From positions 192,001-256,000 of the forward strand of contig CAVPSB010000013.1 in the NCBI GenBank assembly GCA_963708025.1: a stretch of DNA of 64,000 nucleotides. Direction: 5' to 3'. Position numbers and translations under genes: made by a program. The notes beneath the pieces were generated by a model that saw only the letters and a list, made by a program, of their open reading frames with translations, was not told where the DNA came from and did no database searches. Positions within the stretch are counted from its first letter, which is position 1. Each line of letters starts with the position of its first letter. This DNA is from an uncultured Candidatus Rokubacteria bacterium. Lineage in GTDB: Bacteria > Methylomirabilota > Methylomirabilia > Rokubacteriales > DASRDR01. Shown in pieces: positions 9,996 to 19,048 of this stretch.

Positions 9996-10835
9996 CTACA
10001 GCCGGAAGAGCGCGCGGGCGTTCTCGTAGAAGATCTGCCGGTAGACCTCGAGCGGCAGGTCCCGGGCCCAGAGCCCCCGGCGCTCCTCGTCGTAGGGGTA
10101 CGGCAGGTTCGGGAAGTCGCTCCCGAACACGATGCGGTCCCGGTACCGGACGAGATCGGCGTCCCGCACCACGCCCGGGTCGATCCGCGTGAACGGGAGC
10201 GAGGCCGGCGTCAGGGCCATCGTGGTGTCGAGGTGGAGGCCCGGAAAGCGGTCGAGCAGGGCGAAGCACGCCCGCGTCTCGAAGGCGCCCATGTGGCAGA
10301 TGACCGCGCGGAGGCCCGGGAAGCGCTCCAGCACCCGGGCGAAGCGGGCGACGCCGGTGGTCGGCCCCCAGTAGGGACCGGTGCCCACGTGGATCACCAG
10401 CACCCGGTCGAGGGCCGCCAGCCGCTCGTAGACCGGCCACAGCCGCGGGTCGTCGGCCACGAAGGCCTGCACCTGGATGTGGAGCTTGAGGCCGGCGAAG
10501 TCGAAGCGGTCGAAGGCCTCGTCCACGATCGCGCCCGGGTCGTCGTCGCCGGCGTGGACCGTGCCCAGCGGGATGCCGTCGGGCAGCTCGGCCGCCACGT
10601 CGCGGAGCCACCGGTTCACCGCCCGGGCCATCCCGGGGCGATGGGCATAGGAGAAGAAGACGAAGCGCTCGACGCCGGCCGCGCGCAGGGCCGCCGCGAT
10701 CTCGGCCGGCTCGGTGGGGCCGCGGAGGCTCCAGTTCGAGTGCTCGTCGAACCAGCGCCGGATGGCGGCGAAGAGGCGCGGCGGGTGGAGATGGGTGTGG
10801 GCGTTGACGTAGCGGAAGCCGGGCGGCGGGATCAC
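9996..10835 (-). CDS. Amidohydrolase_2 family metallohydrolase
   Basis: NAHTH, GLKLH, IHVG, CHMG, FGSDFP, ENARAL; GTG overlaps the upstream stop. Confidence 0.88.
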   Translation of the reverse strand: MIPPPGFRYVNAHTHLHPPRLFAAIRRWFDEHSNWSLRGPTEPAEIAAALRAAGVERFVFFSYAHRPGMARAVNRWLRDVAAELPDGIPLGTVHAGDDDPGAIVDEAFDRFDFAGLKLHIQVQAFVADDPRLWPVYERLAALDRVLVIHVGTGPYWGPTTGVARFARVLERFPGLRAVICHMGAFETRACFALLDRFPGLHLDTTMALTPASLPFTRIDPGVVRDADLVRYRDRIVFGSDFPNLPYPYDEERRGLWARDLPLEVYRQIFYENARALFRL

Positions 10836-11725
10836 GCGCGGCCTGCGCGCTCGACCAGCGCCCGGTGCACCATCAGATCGGCCGGCAGGCCTACCACCGT
10901 GATCCCCGTCACGATCTCCCCCGCCCGCGTCAAGGCCGCCACCGCCGCCTCGACCTCGGCGCGCGGCAACCCGAACAGGCGAGCGAGAGCACGCGCCGAG
11001 GCCCAGCCGGCGCCACCCACGTAGCGCGCGACGAGCTGGCGCACCGCCGCCGGCCGCGCGAGCCGCCGGCCGGCCCGGACGGCCTCGGGCAGCCAGGCTT
11101 CGACGAGATCCCAGCGGTACGAGAACGACGGCTCGTAGCGCTCCTCGACCTTCACGACGAAGAGCGCCTGCTGGAGCTCGCCGACGGCGCGCTCGAACTC
11201 GCGGGTGCGCCCGGGCTCGAGCAGGAAGCACTCGGCTCGCCACTCCCGGGTGTAGAGGGGGTGTCGCCGGATCAGCGCGTCCATCAGCCGTCGGGCGGTG
11301 AGCGACAGCCGCCCCGCCTCGTACTCGACCCGGTAGTCACGAGCCCGCTGGCGACCGCGGATCAGGGCGTAGAAGGCCGGGAACAGGTCGAGCGCCACCA
11401 GGACCGGGTGGTTCTTGAGGAGCTTCCCGTAGTAGACGGCGCGGCGCGCGGGGAGCTGGTCCTTCAGATCCCAGGTGAGGCCGATCCCGGCATCGTGGTG
11501 GGACCGGCGGGGCCAGCGCGGATCGCGGCGGCCGGCCACACCCTCCCACAGGCAGGCCAGGCCCTCCGGGAAGCGGTAGAAGGTCGAGCAGAGGCCCACC
11601 GCCTCGACGAACGCCAGCGCGTCCCGCTCGGTGCGAACCCGTCGCCGGGCGACGCGCCGGAAGGCCTCGTCACGCCGTCGCTCGAGCCACTCGCGGGTGA
11701 GCCCGGGAGCGGCGGGACGCGTCAG
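10832..11725 (-). CDS. AlkZ/YcaQ-related winged-helix protein (start uncertain, possibly CTG)
   Basis: ALAFVEAVG, LWEGVAG, WDLKDQL..VYYGKL, FERAVGELQQAL..FSYRWDL and a C-terminal HTH. Confidence 0.6.
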   Translation of the reverse strand: MTRPAAPGLTREWLERRRDEAFRRVARRRVRTERDALAFVEAVGLCSTFYRFPEGLACLWEGVAGRRDPRWPRRSHHDAGIGLTWDLKDQLPARRAVYYGKLLKNHPVLVALDLFPAFYALIRGRQRARDYRVEYEAGRLSLTARRLMDALIRRHPLYTREWRAECFLLEPGRTREFERAVGELQQALFVVKVEERYEPSFSYRWDLVEAWLPEAVRAGRRLARPAAVRQLVARYVGGAGWASARALARLFGLPRAEVEAAVAALTRAGEIVTGITVVGLPADLMVHRALVERAGRA

Positions 11726-12606
11726 TCGAATTCGAGGCCTCGCTCGCCCACCCGGAACTCGACGATCTCGTCGCTCATCGCGCTGCCCCGGTGCTTGGCG
11801 ACGGCGACGAAGCGGCCGATCCGGTTCGCCACCTTCTCGCGCCCCATGAGCAGCACGGTGTTGGCGACCGCGCCCAGGTCGCCGGCCCCCACCTTGCGGG
11901 CGATGAGGTCTTCCAGCCGCGTCTCCTCGGTGGTGACCAGCGCCAGCGTCGCGATCGCGGCGTGATCGTAGCGATGCGCGTCGATGAAGGCGCGGTGCTG
12001 CCAGACCGGCAGGCAGATCTCCATCCCCAGGGTCTCGGCGTCCCGGTGGATCACCTTCCGGTACAGCTCGTCGATGAGGTAGAGCTGGATCGAATCCTCG
12101 CTGGCGAACGGCTCGATGCCGTCGACGACAACACGCCGGGCGCCAGCGGCGAAGTGGAAGTAGAAGAACGGCCGGGCCGTGTAGAGCGCCCGCGCGTAGG
12201 TCGCCTTCCACCCCCAGTCGAACTCACGCCCGTCGGGCGTCACGACCTCGTAGTCGCTCCGGCGGCCGACCCACGGGAACACGTCGAGGTAGCGCGCCTC
12301 GAGCTCGGCGGGGGGCGGGTACGGATCGGTCATGGGCATGACCGTGTGGGTCCACCGGGTGAGGGTCCAGTCGTGCAGGCGCGCGGCATAGGGCGCGTGC
12401 TGCTGGGAGTCGCCCCGGGCGTTGAGATCGACGACCAGGCCCCGGACGCCGTCGGCCTGGCAGCCCTGGTCGGCGAAGGCCAGGCCGAGGTGGGTCTTGC
12501 CGATCCCGGTCGCCCCGTAGACGACGGTGAGGGTGCCCGGCAGGAGGCCACCGCCGAGCATCGCGTCGAGGCGGGCCAGGCCGGTGGAGACGCGGGGAGC
12601 GGTCAC
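11722..12606 (-). CDS. Single-domain KaiC/RAD55-like RecA-fold ATPase
   Basis: STGLARLDAMLGGGL, Walker A GATGIGKT, Walker B VVVDG, KHRGS. Confidence 0.85.
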   Translation of the reverse strand: MTAPRVSTGLARLDAMLGGGLLPGTLTVVYGATGIGKTHLGLAFADQGCQADGVRGLVVDLNARGDSQQHAPYAARLHDWTLTRWTHTVMPMTDPYPPPAELEARYLDVFPWVGRRSDYEVVTPDGREFDWGWKATYARALYTARPFFYFHFAAGARRVVVDGIEPFASEDSIQLYLIDELYRKVIHRDAETLGMEICLPVWQHRAFIDAHRYDHAAIATLALVTTEETRLEDLIARKVGAGDLGAVANTVLLMGREKVANRIGRFVAVAKHRGSAMSDEIVEFRVGERGLEFD

Positions 12607-12652
12607 GAGGCCAAAGGATACGGGGCGCCGGGCGGACCGTCAATACGGCGTG

Positions 12653-13063
12653 TCAGTCTGAGCGTACCCGATAGCTCCTGACGCGGCCGGCATCGTCGAA
12701 CTCGACGTGGAAAAGGTAGACAGAGATCATGGACAGCTCACCGGACCCGACATACTTGACGATGTAGGTGACATAACGACCGTCGGGCGCTCGGAAGCTC
12801 GGCTCCCCGAGGACTTCCGCTACGTTTTGCCGTGTCATGCCGTCCAGGACTCGCCGGCTCATCAAGTCATTGACGAACACGTACCGCTCTTCCGGGACCA
12901 ACGTTTTCCACTCGGCGGCCGTGAAGACCCGCAGAGGCCACCGTCGCGGTGACTGTTGGTAGTAGCTGTGGACCAACACCAGTACCGTCGCCGCTGACCC
13001 CAGAATGAGCCCAACGGTTGCCGCCAGGGCAATCCGCGTCCAGCGCTTACGGAAGGCTGCCAT
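12653..13063 (-). CDS. Hypothetical membrane-anchored protein with SmpA/BamE-like motif
   Basis: One TM segment, GMTRQNVAEVLGEP, VEFDDAGRV; visibly lower GC than neighbours. Confidence 0.6.
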   Translation of the reverse strand: MAAFRKRWTRIALAATVGLILGSAATVLVLVHSYYQQSPRRWPLRVFTAAEWKTLVPEERYVFVNDLMSRRVLDGMTRQNVAEVLGEPSFRAPDGRYVTYIVKYVGSGELSMISVYLFHVEFDDAGRVRSYRVRSD

Positions 13064-13118
13064 GAGTCTGCGAGAAGGCCCCTGACGTCCGTTGTTCTCG
13101 AGGCACGCTACCGGGGCG

Positions 13119-14691
13119 TCACCGGCCGGCCCTGGTCCGCGACTGCGCCTGGAAGCGGGCGCGGAGTCCGTCGAGCGTGTCGGCCTCCTCGGGCCGCTTG
13201 TCGTCCCGGATGCGGGTGATGCGCGCGAAGCGGAGCGCGTAGCCGGAGGGGTAGCGGGGGCTCGACTGGATCTCGTTGTAGGCCACCTCGACGACCACCT
13301 CCGGGCGCACTCGGACGGTGTACCCGTCGTCGCCGACCGCGAGCGCCTGGAGGCGCGCCGTCATCGCCGCGAACTCGCGGTCGGTCAGCCCCTTGAACGT
13401 CTTCCCGACCTCGGCCAGCCCGCCCTCACCGTCGCGGACCGCCAGGTGGTAGTTCGAGAGCCAGCCCCGGCGGCGGCCGGAGCCCCGGTCGGCGGCCACG
13501 ATCACGCAGTCGAGCCGGTCGGCCAGCTTGAGCTTGAACCAGCGGGTCCCGCGGACGCCGGGCGTGTAGGGGCTGTCGAGCGCCTTGGCCATCAGCCCCT
13601 CGTGGCCGGCGTCGAGCGACGCCCGGAGGAAGGCCTGCGCCTCGGCCACGTCGCCGGCGATCCGGCGCTCGGCGAGGTGGTGCCCCCCGGTCAGCGCGGC
13701 GAGCGCCGCCCAGCGGTCGGCGTACGGTCGGTCCACCAGGGAGGCGCCGCCGGCGTAGAGGCAGTCGAAGAGGTAGAGCCGCACCGGGACCGCCCGCGCG
13801 ACTTCCGCGACCTCGTGGACCCGCCGGAAGCGTCGCATCAGCTCCTGGAAGGGCAGCGGGCGGCCGTCGGGTGCGACCGCTACCACCTCCCCCTCGAGGA
13901 TCGCGTCGCCCTCGCCCAGCTCGCCGCGGGCCAGCTCGACCAGCTCGGGCAGGCTCGCGGTCACGTCCGTGAGCCGCCGGCTCCAGACGCGGACCACCTC
14001 GGCGCCCCGGTGGATCTGGATCCGGGCGCCGTCGTACTTCGTCTCCAGCGCGGTGCGCCCGCCGTGCTCGGCCAGGATGTGCCCGAGATCCTCGGCCGGC
14101 TCGGCGAGCATCGGCAGGAGCGGCACGAACAGCCGGACCCCGACCGCGCGCAGGGCAGCCTCCCCTTCGGCGAGCGCCAGCCGGGCGACCTCCGAGGGGT
14201 CGGAGACGAAGAAGCTGGCCCGGCGCACCAGGTCCGGGGGGAGGCCGGCGGCGCGGGCGATCGCTTCCTGGATGAGGCCGTCGTGGACGCCGATGCGCAT
14301 CTCGCCGCCGAGGATGGCGACCAGGACCTCGCGCTCCTCGGCCGGGGCGGCGACCAGGAGGTCCCGGAGCACGCCGGCCTTGGCGCTCCGCGACCCGGCC
14401 CCCGCCGCGTCCGCGACGGCCGAGAACGCGCGGGCGGCGTCGAGGAGGCCGAGCGGTCGCGGCGGCGCCGGCGCCGGGTCGGCGGGCAGCGGCCACAAGG
14501 CGGCCGGGGTCAGGTTGAGGACGCGGGGATCGGAGGCGGGCAGCGGGCGGCCGGCGAGAAAGGCGACGGCCCAGGGCACCTCCTCCGGGGTGAGGCCCCG
14601 GAGGAAGTCGGCGACGAGCCCTACCTTCTCGAGGCGGCCCCGCGTGCGGGCCAGCTGGCGGGCGAGCCGGGCGAGATCCCCGAGCGGTCAC
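13119..14691 (-). CDS. ligB: ATP-dependent DNA ligase, LigB/archaeal type (frameshift right after the start)
   Basis: PMLAE, ETKYDGARIQIH, ILEGE, LFDCL, EGLMAK, WFKLK, ALRFARITRIRDDK. The frame is open up to PLGDLARLARQL at about 14687; GTG at 14691 is one base out of frame. Confidence 0.88.
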
Positions 14692-14737
14692 GCGTTCATT
14701 CTACGGCGGCCCGGAATCCGCCCGGCTCGCCGGGGAC

Positions 14738-15082
14738 TCAGGCGGGGCGCAGCTTGGCCGAGCTTTCGGGCGCCGGCCTGGCCGGCTCGCGCTGACGCTC
14801 CCACTCCTCGCGCTTCTTGTCCAGCGCGTGGAGTTCGATGGCCTCGTGGATCTCGGCCGCGCGCTCCACCAGGTTCCAGAGAACGGCCCGGTAGAACCGC
14901 ACGCCGAGCGCCCCCAGCGTCGTGTCCATCCGGACGCCGTAGCGCCTCCGCGCCTCGCCGACCGCGCAGGTCACCCAGTTCGACGCCAGCTCACGCTCGT
15001 CGGCCGTGAAGCCCGGATACTGGAAGAAGCCGAGGATCCGGCGCCGCCGCGCCGCTTCGATACGCTGCTCCCACCTCTGCAT
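14738..15082 (-). CDS. Hypothetical protein
   Basis: 114 aa, ATG start, normal composition (NWVTCAVGE). Confidence 0.6.
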   Translation of the reverse strand: MQRWEQRIEAARRRRILGFFQYPGFTADERELASNWVTCAVGEARRRYGVRMDTTLGALGVRFYRAVLWNLVERAAEIHEAIELHALDKKREEWERQREPARPAPESSAKLRPA

Positions 15083-15116
15083 GCTGTCAGTCTCCTGTCG
15101 GGTCCGGTGATCGTCG

Positions 15117-15425
15117 TCAGACCTCGGGTCGCGTCGCGTCCGGGTCGTCGGCGTCAGGCGCTGGCTCCTCCGCGTCGCCAGCGAGGATCCGGATGCTCAC
15201 CGCGTCGTCGAGCACCGCCGCCTGATGGAGCTGCACCCACTGGAAGCCCATCGCCAGCGCGCCGCGGATCGCGATCGCGACCGCCTCATTGACGGCCGCC
15301 TCGATCGACGCCTCGGAGTGATCGGCCAGCGGTGCCGTGGTCTCGATGGCAGCCGTCCGCGCCAGCGCCGGTGACGCGAGCGCGAGCGCCAGCGCGAGCA
15401 AAAAGGCGAATCGAGTGAATCGCAT
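15117..15425 (-). CDS. Hypothetical secreted protein
   Basis: Signal peptide MRFTRFAFLLALALALASPALA; GGAGG upstream. Confidence 0.7.
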   Translation of the reverse strand: MRFTRFAFLLALALALASPALARTAAIETTAPLADHSEASIEAAVNEAVAIAIRGALAMGFQWVQLHQAAVLDDAVSIRILAGDAEEPAPDADDPDATRPEV

Positions 15426-15682
15426 GAGTCCACCTCCGGGCGATGTGGTATCTCGCCCAGCGGATCTTGCACGCTACATGCCGGGCGGCGCGGCGCCGTC
15501 AGGGACGGGTATGGTGAGTGAGCCGGACGGGATGGCTGAGGCCTCTCATCGGCGCCGCACCGCCAGGCACTCGCGAATCGGCACGCCTCTGCATCTCCGG
15601 CGACTGCGTGCCGCGGTGTCGGCGCGATGACGGGCGCGTCGGCCTTCCGAGCGCCGGCGCCCGGGCGATGACGGCGCGACGG

Positions 15683-15940
15683 TCAGGCCAGCAGGTGGAG
15701 GACGAGCCCCCAGAGCCCGAGGGTCACGAGGGTGGCGGCGGCGGCGAGCAGGTCGGCGAAGGGGACGCGCGAGAGCCGAGAGCTTGTCACCTGTTGAGGC
15801 CCCGGAGCCAAAAAAAGAGGCGACCGCGGCCGGCGACGAACGCGCCGAGGCGATCGCGCCCGCGTGACGCCGGGCCGCGGACGCCCGGAAGCCGGGAGGT
15901 CCGACACGAGTGGCGCGACGGTGGGCCGCACGGCCGTCAA
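15683..15940 (-). CDS. Small membrane protein downstream of lexA (start uncertain)
   Basis: C-terminal TM FADLLAAAATLVTLGLWGLVLHLLA; TTG overlaps the lexA stop. Confidence 0.4.
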   Translation of the reverse strand: MTAVRPTVAPLVSDLPASGRPRPGVTRARSPRRVRRRPRSPLFLAPGPQQVTSSRLSRVPFADLLAAAATLVTLGLWGLVLHLLA

Positions 15941-16557
15941 GCTCCGCGGACCAGACCGACCACCTTGCCGACGATCCGGAAGTCGTGCTCGCCGGGCTGC
16001 ACGACGATCGGCGGGAGGGTCGGGTGCTCGGGCTTCAGGACCACGGCCTCACCGTCCCGGGTGAAGCGCTTCACCGTCGCCTCCCCGTCCACGAGTGCCA
16101 CGACGATCTCGCCCGGTTGAGCATGGTCCTGGCGCCGCACGACGACCACGTCGCCGTCGACGATGTGCGCGTTGATCATGCTCTCGCCGTGGACTCGCAG
16201 GCTGAAGATCTCGTCCGCCCGGCTCCCGAACCAGTCGGCCGCCAGGGGAAGGGTCCCCTCCCGGTTTTCCTCCGACTGGAGCGGCGTGCCCGCCGCGATG
16301 CGCCCGAGGATCGGGATCTCCCGCGCTGCCGTCGTCCGGTCGGCGAGGGTCAGCGCCCGGGAGGTCCGCCCGCTGCTCGCCCGGCGGCGCAGGTAACCCT
16401 TTCGCTCGAGGGCCCGCAGGTGGTCGAAGGCGGCACGCGGCGTCACGTGGAAGCGCTCGCCGATCTCGCGCACCGTCGGCGGCACGCCGTGCCGCTGCGA
16501 GAAGGTGCGGATGAAGCTGAGGACTTCCTGCTGCCGCCGGGTCAGCCGAGGCTCCAT
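15937..16557 (-). CDS. lexA: SOS repressor LexA
   Basis: LTRRQQEVL, PPTVREI, LERKGYL, cleavage site GRIAAG, GESM (Ser), EATVK (Lys); GGAGG RBS. Confidence 0.96.
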   Translation of the reverse strand: MEPRLTRRQQEVLSFIRTFSQRHGVPPTVREIGERFHVTPRAAFDHLRALERKGYLRRRASSGRTSRALTLADRTTAAREIPILGRIAAGTPLQSEENREGTLPLAADWFGSRADEIFSLRVHGESMINAHIVDGDVVVVRRQDHAQPGEIVVALVDGEATVKRFTRDGEAVVLKPEHPTLPPIVVQPGEHDFRIVGKVVGLVRGA

Positions 16558-16613
16558 CGCCCCTCCCTCCGAGACGCTGCGCACGCCGCTCACGAACCTG
16601 CCCCGTCACCCGG

Positions 16614-16643
16614 ACTCTACTCAACATACGTTGAGGCAGTCAA
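16614..16643 (-). promoter_or_regulatory. lexA promoter with a palindrome in the spacer
   Basis: TTGACT-N18-TAGAGT; CTCAAC-ATAC-GTTGAG at 16620-16635. Confidence 0.7.
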
Positions 16644-16666
16644 GCAAAAAAAACGGGCCGGGGGGG

Positions 16667-17224
16667 TCAGGTCGATTCAGACGTGGCGACCGCCTCCTGG
16701 GGATCGCAGACCGGGCAGGGCCGGAGCCCCAGCTCCCAGCCCTCCGCCGCCGTCTTCATGGCGATGCGCTCGGTCTCGGGGATGCGGGTCGCCCACGCGC
16801 AGCCCATGCGGTGGAGAAGACGACCGCCGCGCTGAGTGCAGAACGGCTCCCGCGGCGCGAGCATCGACGCGTCGGTCTCCTCGAAGGGGCCGCTCAGGTC
16901 CGGCGTCAGCCCCCGGGGGACATCCCCGGGCTCCGCCGCGGGAAGGGACACGACCGGCGTCTCCAGTCCAGCGGTCGACGCGGCAGCCAGGCCCTCGGCC
17001 GCCGGAGTGGCGGGAGCCGGGGCGGTGGCGGAGGGCGGGAGGATCGACTCCTCGTTGAGGTTCAGGTTCGTCTCGATGGTCGAGCGGAACTCGTCGCTTG
17101 CCCGGCGGAACTCGCGGAGGGCCCGCCCGAGCCGGCGGCCGAGATCGGGCAGCTTGTCCGGGCCGAAGACCAGCAGGGCGAGCACCATCACGACGAGGAG
17201 TTCCTGGACTCCGATGTCGAGCAT
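16667..17224 (-). CDS. tatB: TatA/TatB-family protein with a C-terminal Ada-type Zn-binding domain
   Basis: [42 protein letters not shown]-terminal [16 protein letters not shown]. Confidence 0.8.
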   Translation of the reverse strand: MLDIGVQELLVVMVLALLVFGPDKLPDLGRRLGRALREFRRASDEFRSTIETNLNLNEESILPPSATAPAPATPAAEGLAAASTAGLETPVVSLPAAEPGDVPRGLTPDLSGPFEETDASMLAPREPFCTQRGGRLLHRMGCAWATRIPETERIAMKTAAEGWELGLRPCPVCDPQEAVATSEST

Positions 17225-17365
17225 GACAGGTATGCGAGATCGTACACGATGGCGCGAGGCCGCGCACCCTCGTTTTTTCCCGGGTCGACGCCGCCGGCGA
17301 GCCAGGCGACGCAGGGCAGGAGGGCGCCGGGGAGCGGCGCCGGCCTCGGCCGGCGGGGCGGTCGA

Positions 17366-17719
17366 TCAGCCGATGAGGGCGGCGACCGCGTTGAGCAGGG
17401 TCTTCGGCACGAACGGCTTGGACACCCGGGCGTCGACTTTCAGGCTGCCCAGGTCGGCGCTCTCGGCGCCGGTGGCAAGGACGACGATGGGGATCTTGTT
17501 GTAGGTCGCGTCCTTCTGCATCTGGACGATCAGCTCCGGACCCGACATCTCGGGCATCCGAAGGTCCGTGATCACCAGGTCGAACGTATCGGCCTCCAGG
17601 CGACGCATCGCCTCCACGCCGTTCGGGACCACGTTCACGGTGTAGCCCGACTTGGTCAGGATGTCCTTGATGACTGCCAGGATCGAGGGATCGTCATCGA
17701 CTGCGAGCACGCGCCTCAT
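17366..17719 (-). CDS. Single-domain response regulator (CheY-like)
   Basis: VLAVDDD, DLVITDLRMPEMSG, SKPF. Confidence 0.92.
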   Translation of the reverse strand: MRRVLAVDDDPSILAVIKDILTKSGYTVNVVPNGVEAMRRLEADTFDLVITDLRMPEMSGPELIVQMQKDATYNKIPIVVLATGAESADLGSLKVDARVSKPFVPKTLLNAVAALIG

Positions 17720-17960
17720 TGATGCCCTCGTCCTCCGCGAAGGATGTCCTGGCCGAGCCCTTCTGGCCTCGGCCGCCCCTCAGCCGCACCTGCCAAACCC
17801 GCGCCCATCCTAGTCTGGCGGGGGTCGCGCAGTCAAGAAGTCCGCGAACGGGTCCGCGAACGGGGGCGCCGATTCAGGCCGCCCAGCGGGGGTGGGCTCG
17901 GGCGGCCGCTGAGCGGGGAATGGGAAATCGGCCGGGTCTTCCGAGACCCGGCCGATGATC

Positions 17961-18950
17961 CTAGCGCGGGGGGGCCACGTCGACCTGGAAGACCGGGACG
18001 GTGCCGGGAAACCCGCGAAGCGCGACGTTGCCCAGGAGGACCGCCTGGGCGCCGCTGGGCCCGAGCGCCGCCAGCGCCTCTTCGGAGATGACCAGCGAGT
18101 TCTTGCCGGCGCCGCGTCCGTGGAGCGTCTCCATGGCGCTCCCCAGACGCACGGTCTTCAGAACGGCCAGCCCGGTCCGGTTTCCTCGCGTGTCGGCGAA
18201 CGTCGGCCCCACGTGGAGGGTGGCCCGGAAGGCGGTCTCGACGCCTGGCGGCATCGCTACGTTGATCGTCGGCAGCCGGGCGTACATGCCGCGGACCGCT
18301 TCGAGCGCCTGCTCCGCCCGGTCGAAGCAGAAGAGGAAGCCGTCACCGTGGCCGTCCACGCTGCGCGTGCCGTGCTGGCGCGCCACCGGGATGAACGCGG
18401 TCTCGATCCGGCGCAGGAGGTCCCGGAAGAAGGCATCGCCGCGCTCCCGGATCAGCTCGGTCGACTGGACGAGGTCGAGGACCAGGATGGCCTCGGCCGC
18501 CGCCGGTCGCTCGGCGTCGGCGCGGGCCGTTGCCTCCGCCCGCTCCCGGTCGGCCTCCTGCCGCTCCCGGGCCCGCGCCCGATAGCGGGCGGCCCGGGCC
18601 CGCCCGACACGGGCCTCCAGGCGGCGGAGGACAGAGAGGGTCAGCACCCCCATGAGCAGCGCGAGCAGGATGGTCACGAACTCCGCGACCTGGCCGACGG
18701 GCGTGTGCGGCCGGGGCCAGGCGCCGGCCGGAATCAGCTGCAGCGCAACCCAGCCGAGGCCCGCCAGGCTCACCAGGACGACGCCGGTGACGGCCAGCCA
18801 GCGGAGAAGCGAGAGCAGGATGATCGGCCAGCGTGACGTCGGGGTGTCGGCCGACGCGCCGGGGTTTCGCGCGGCCACCTTCCCGACCGCTGGACGGCCT
18901 TCGGCCCGTGGCCGGGGGGACGGCGGGGTCGGAGTAACCGACTCCTTCAC
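17961..18950 (-). CDS. Two-TM class III adenylate/guanylate cyclase-like protein (start uncertain)
   Basis: Two TM helices, ILVLDLVQST, GDGFLFCF, FRATLHVG, LVISE, LRGFPG. Confidence 0.78.
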   Translation of the reverse strand: MKESVTPTPPSPRPRAEGRPAVGKVAARNPGASADTPTSRWPIILLSLLRWLAVTGVVLVSLAGLGWVALQLIPAGAWPRPHTPVGQVAEFVTILLALLMGVLTLSVLRRLEARVGRARAARYRARARERQEADRERAEATARADAERPAAAEAILVLDLVQSTELIRERGDAFFRDLLRRIETAFIPVARQHGTRSVDGHGDGFLFCFDRAEQALEAVRGMYARLPTINVAMPPGVETAFRATLHVGPTFADTRGNRTGLAVLKTVRLGSAMETLHGRGAGKNSLVISEEALAALGPSGAQAVLLGNVALRGFPGTVPVFQVDVAPPR

Positions 18951-19048
18951 GGGCGTCCGGAGCGTGGGAACCGTCGCACCGGAGTCGGCGCGCTCGGTTT
19001 CTCGGATCGCATGGCCACTCGCGGGCTCGTCCGAGACCCCCGGCGCCC

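Noticed and set aside
11722-12606. Circadian kaiC or recA/radA
   Set aside because: Single domain, no kaiA/kaiB, no RadA Zn finger or RecA signature.
12653-13063. Lower-GC gene as a mobile element
   Set aside because: No transposase, terminal repeats or target duplication seen; at most a single acquired gene.
14688-14699. ATG AAC GCG TGA in frame with ligB as readthrough or selenocysteine
   Set aside because: The ATG overlaps the -10 hexamer and no SECIS is evident; a leaderless GTG plus one indel is simpler.
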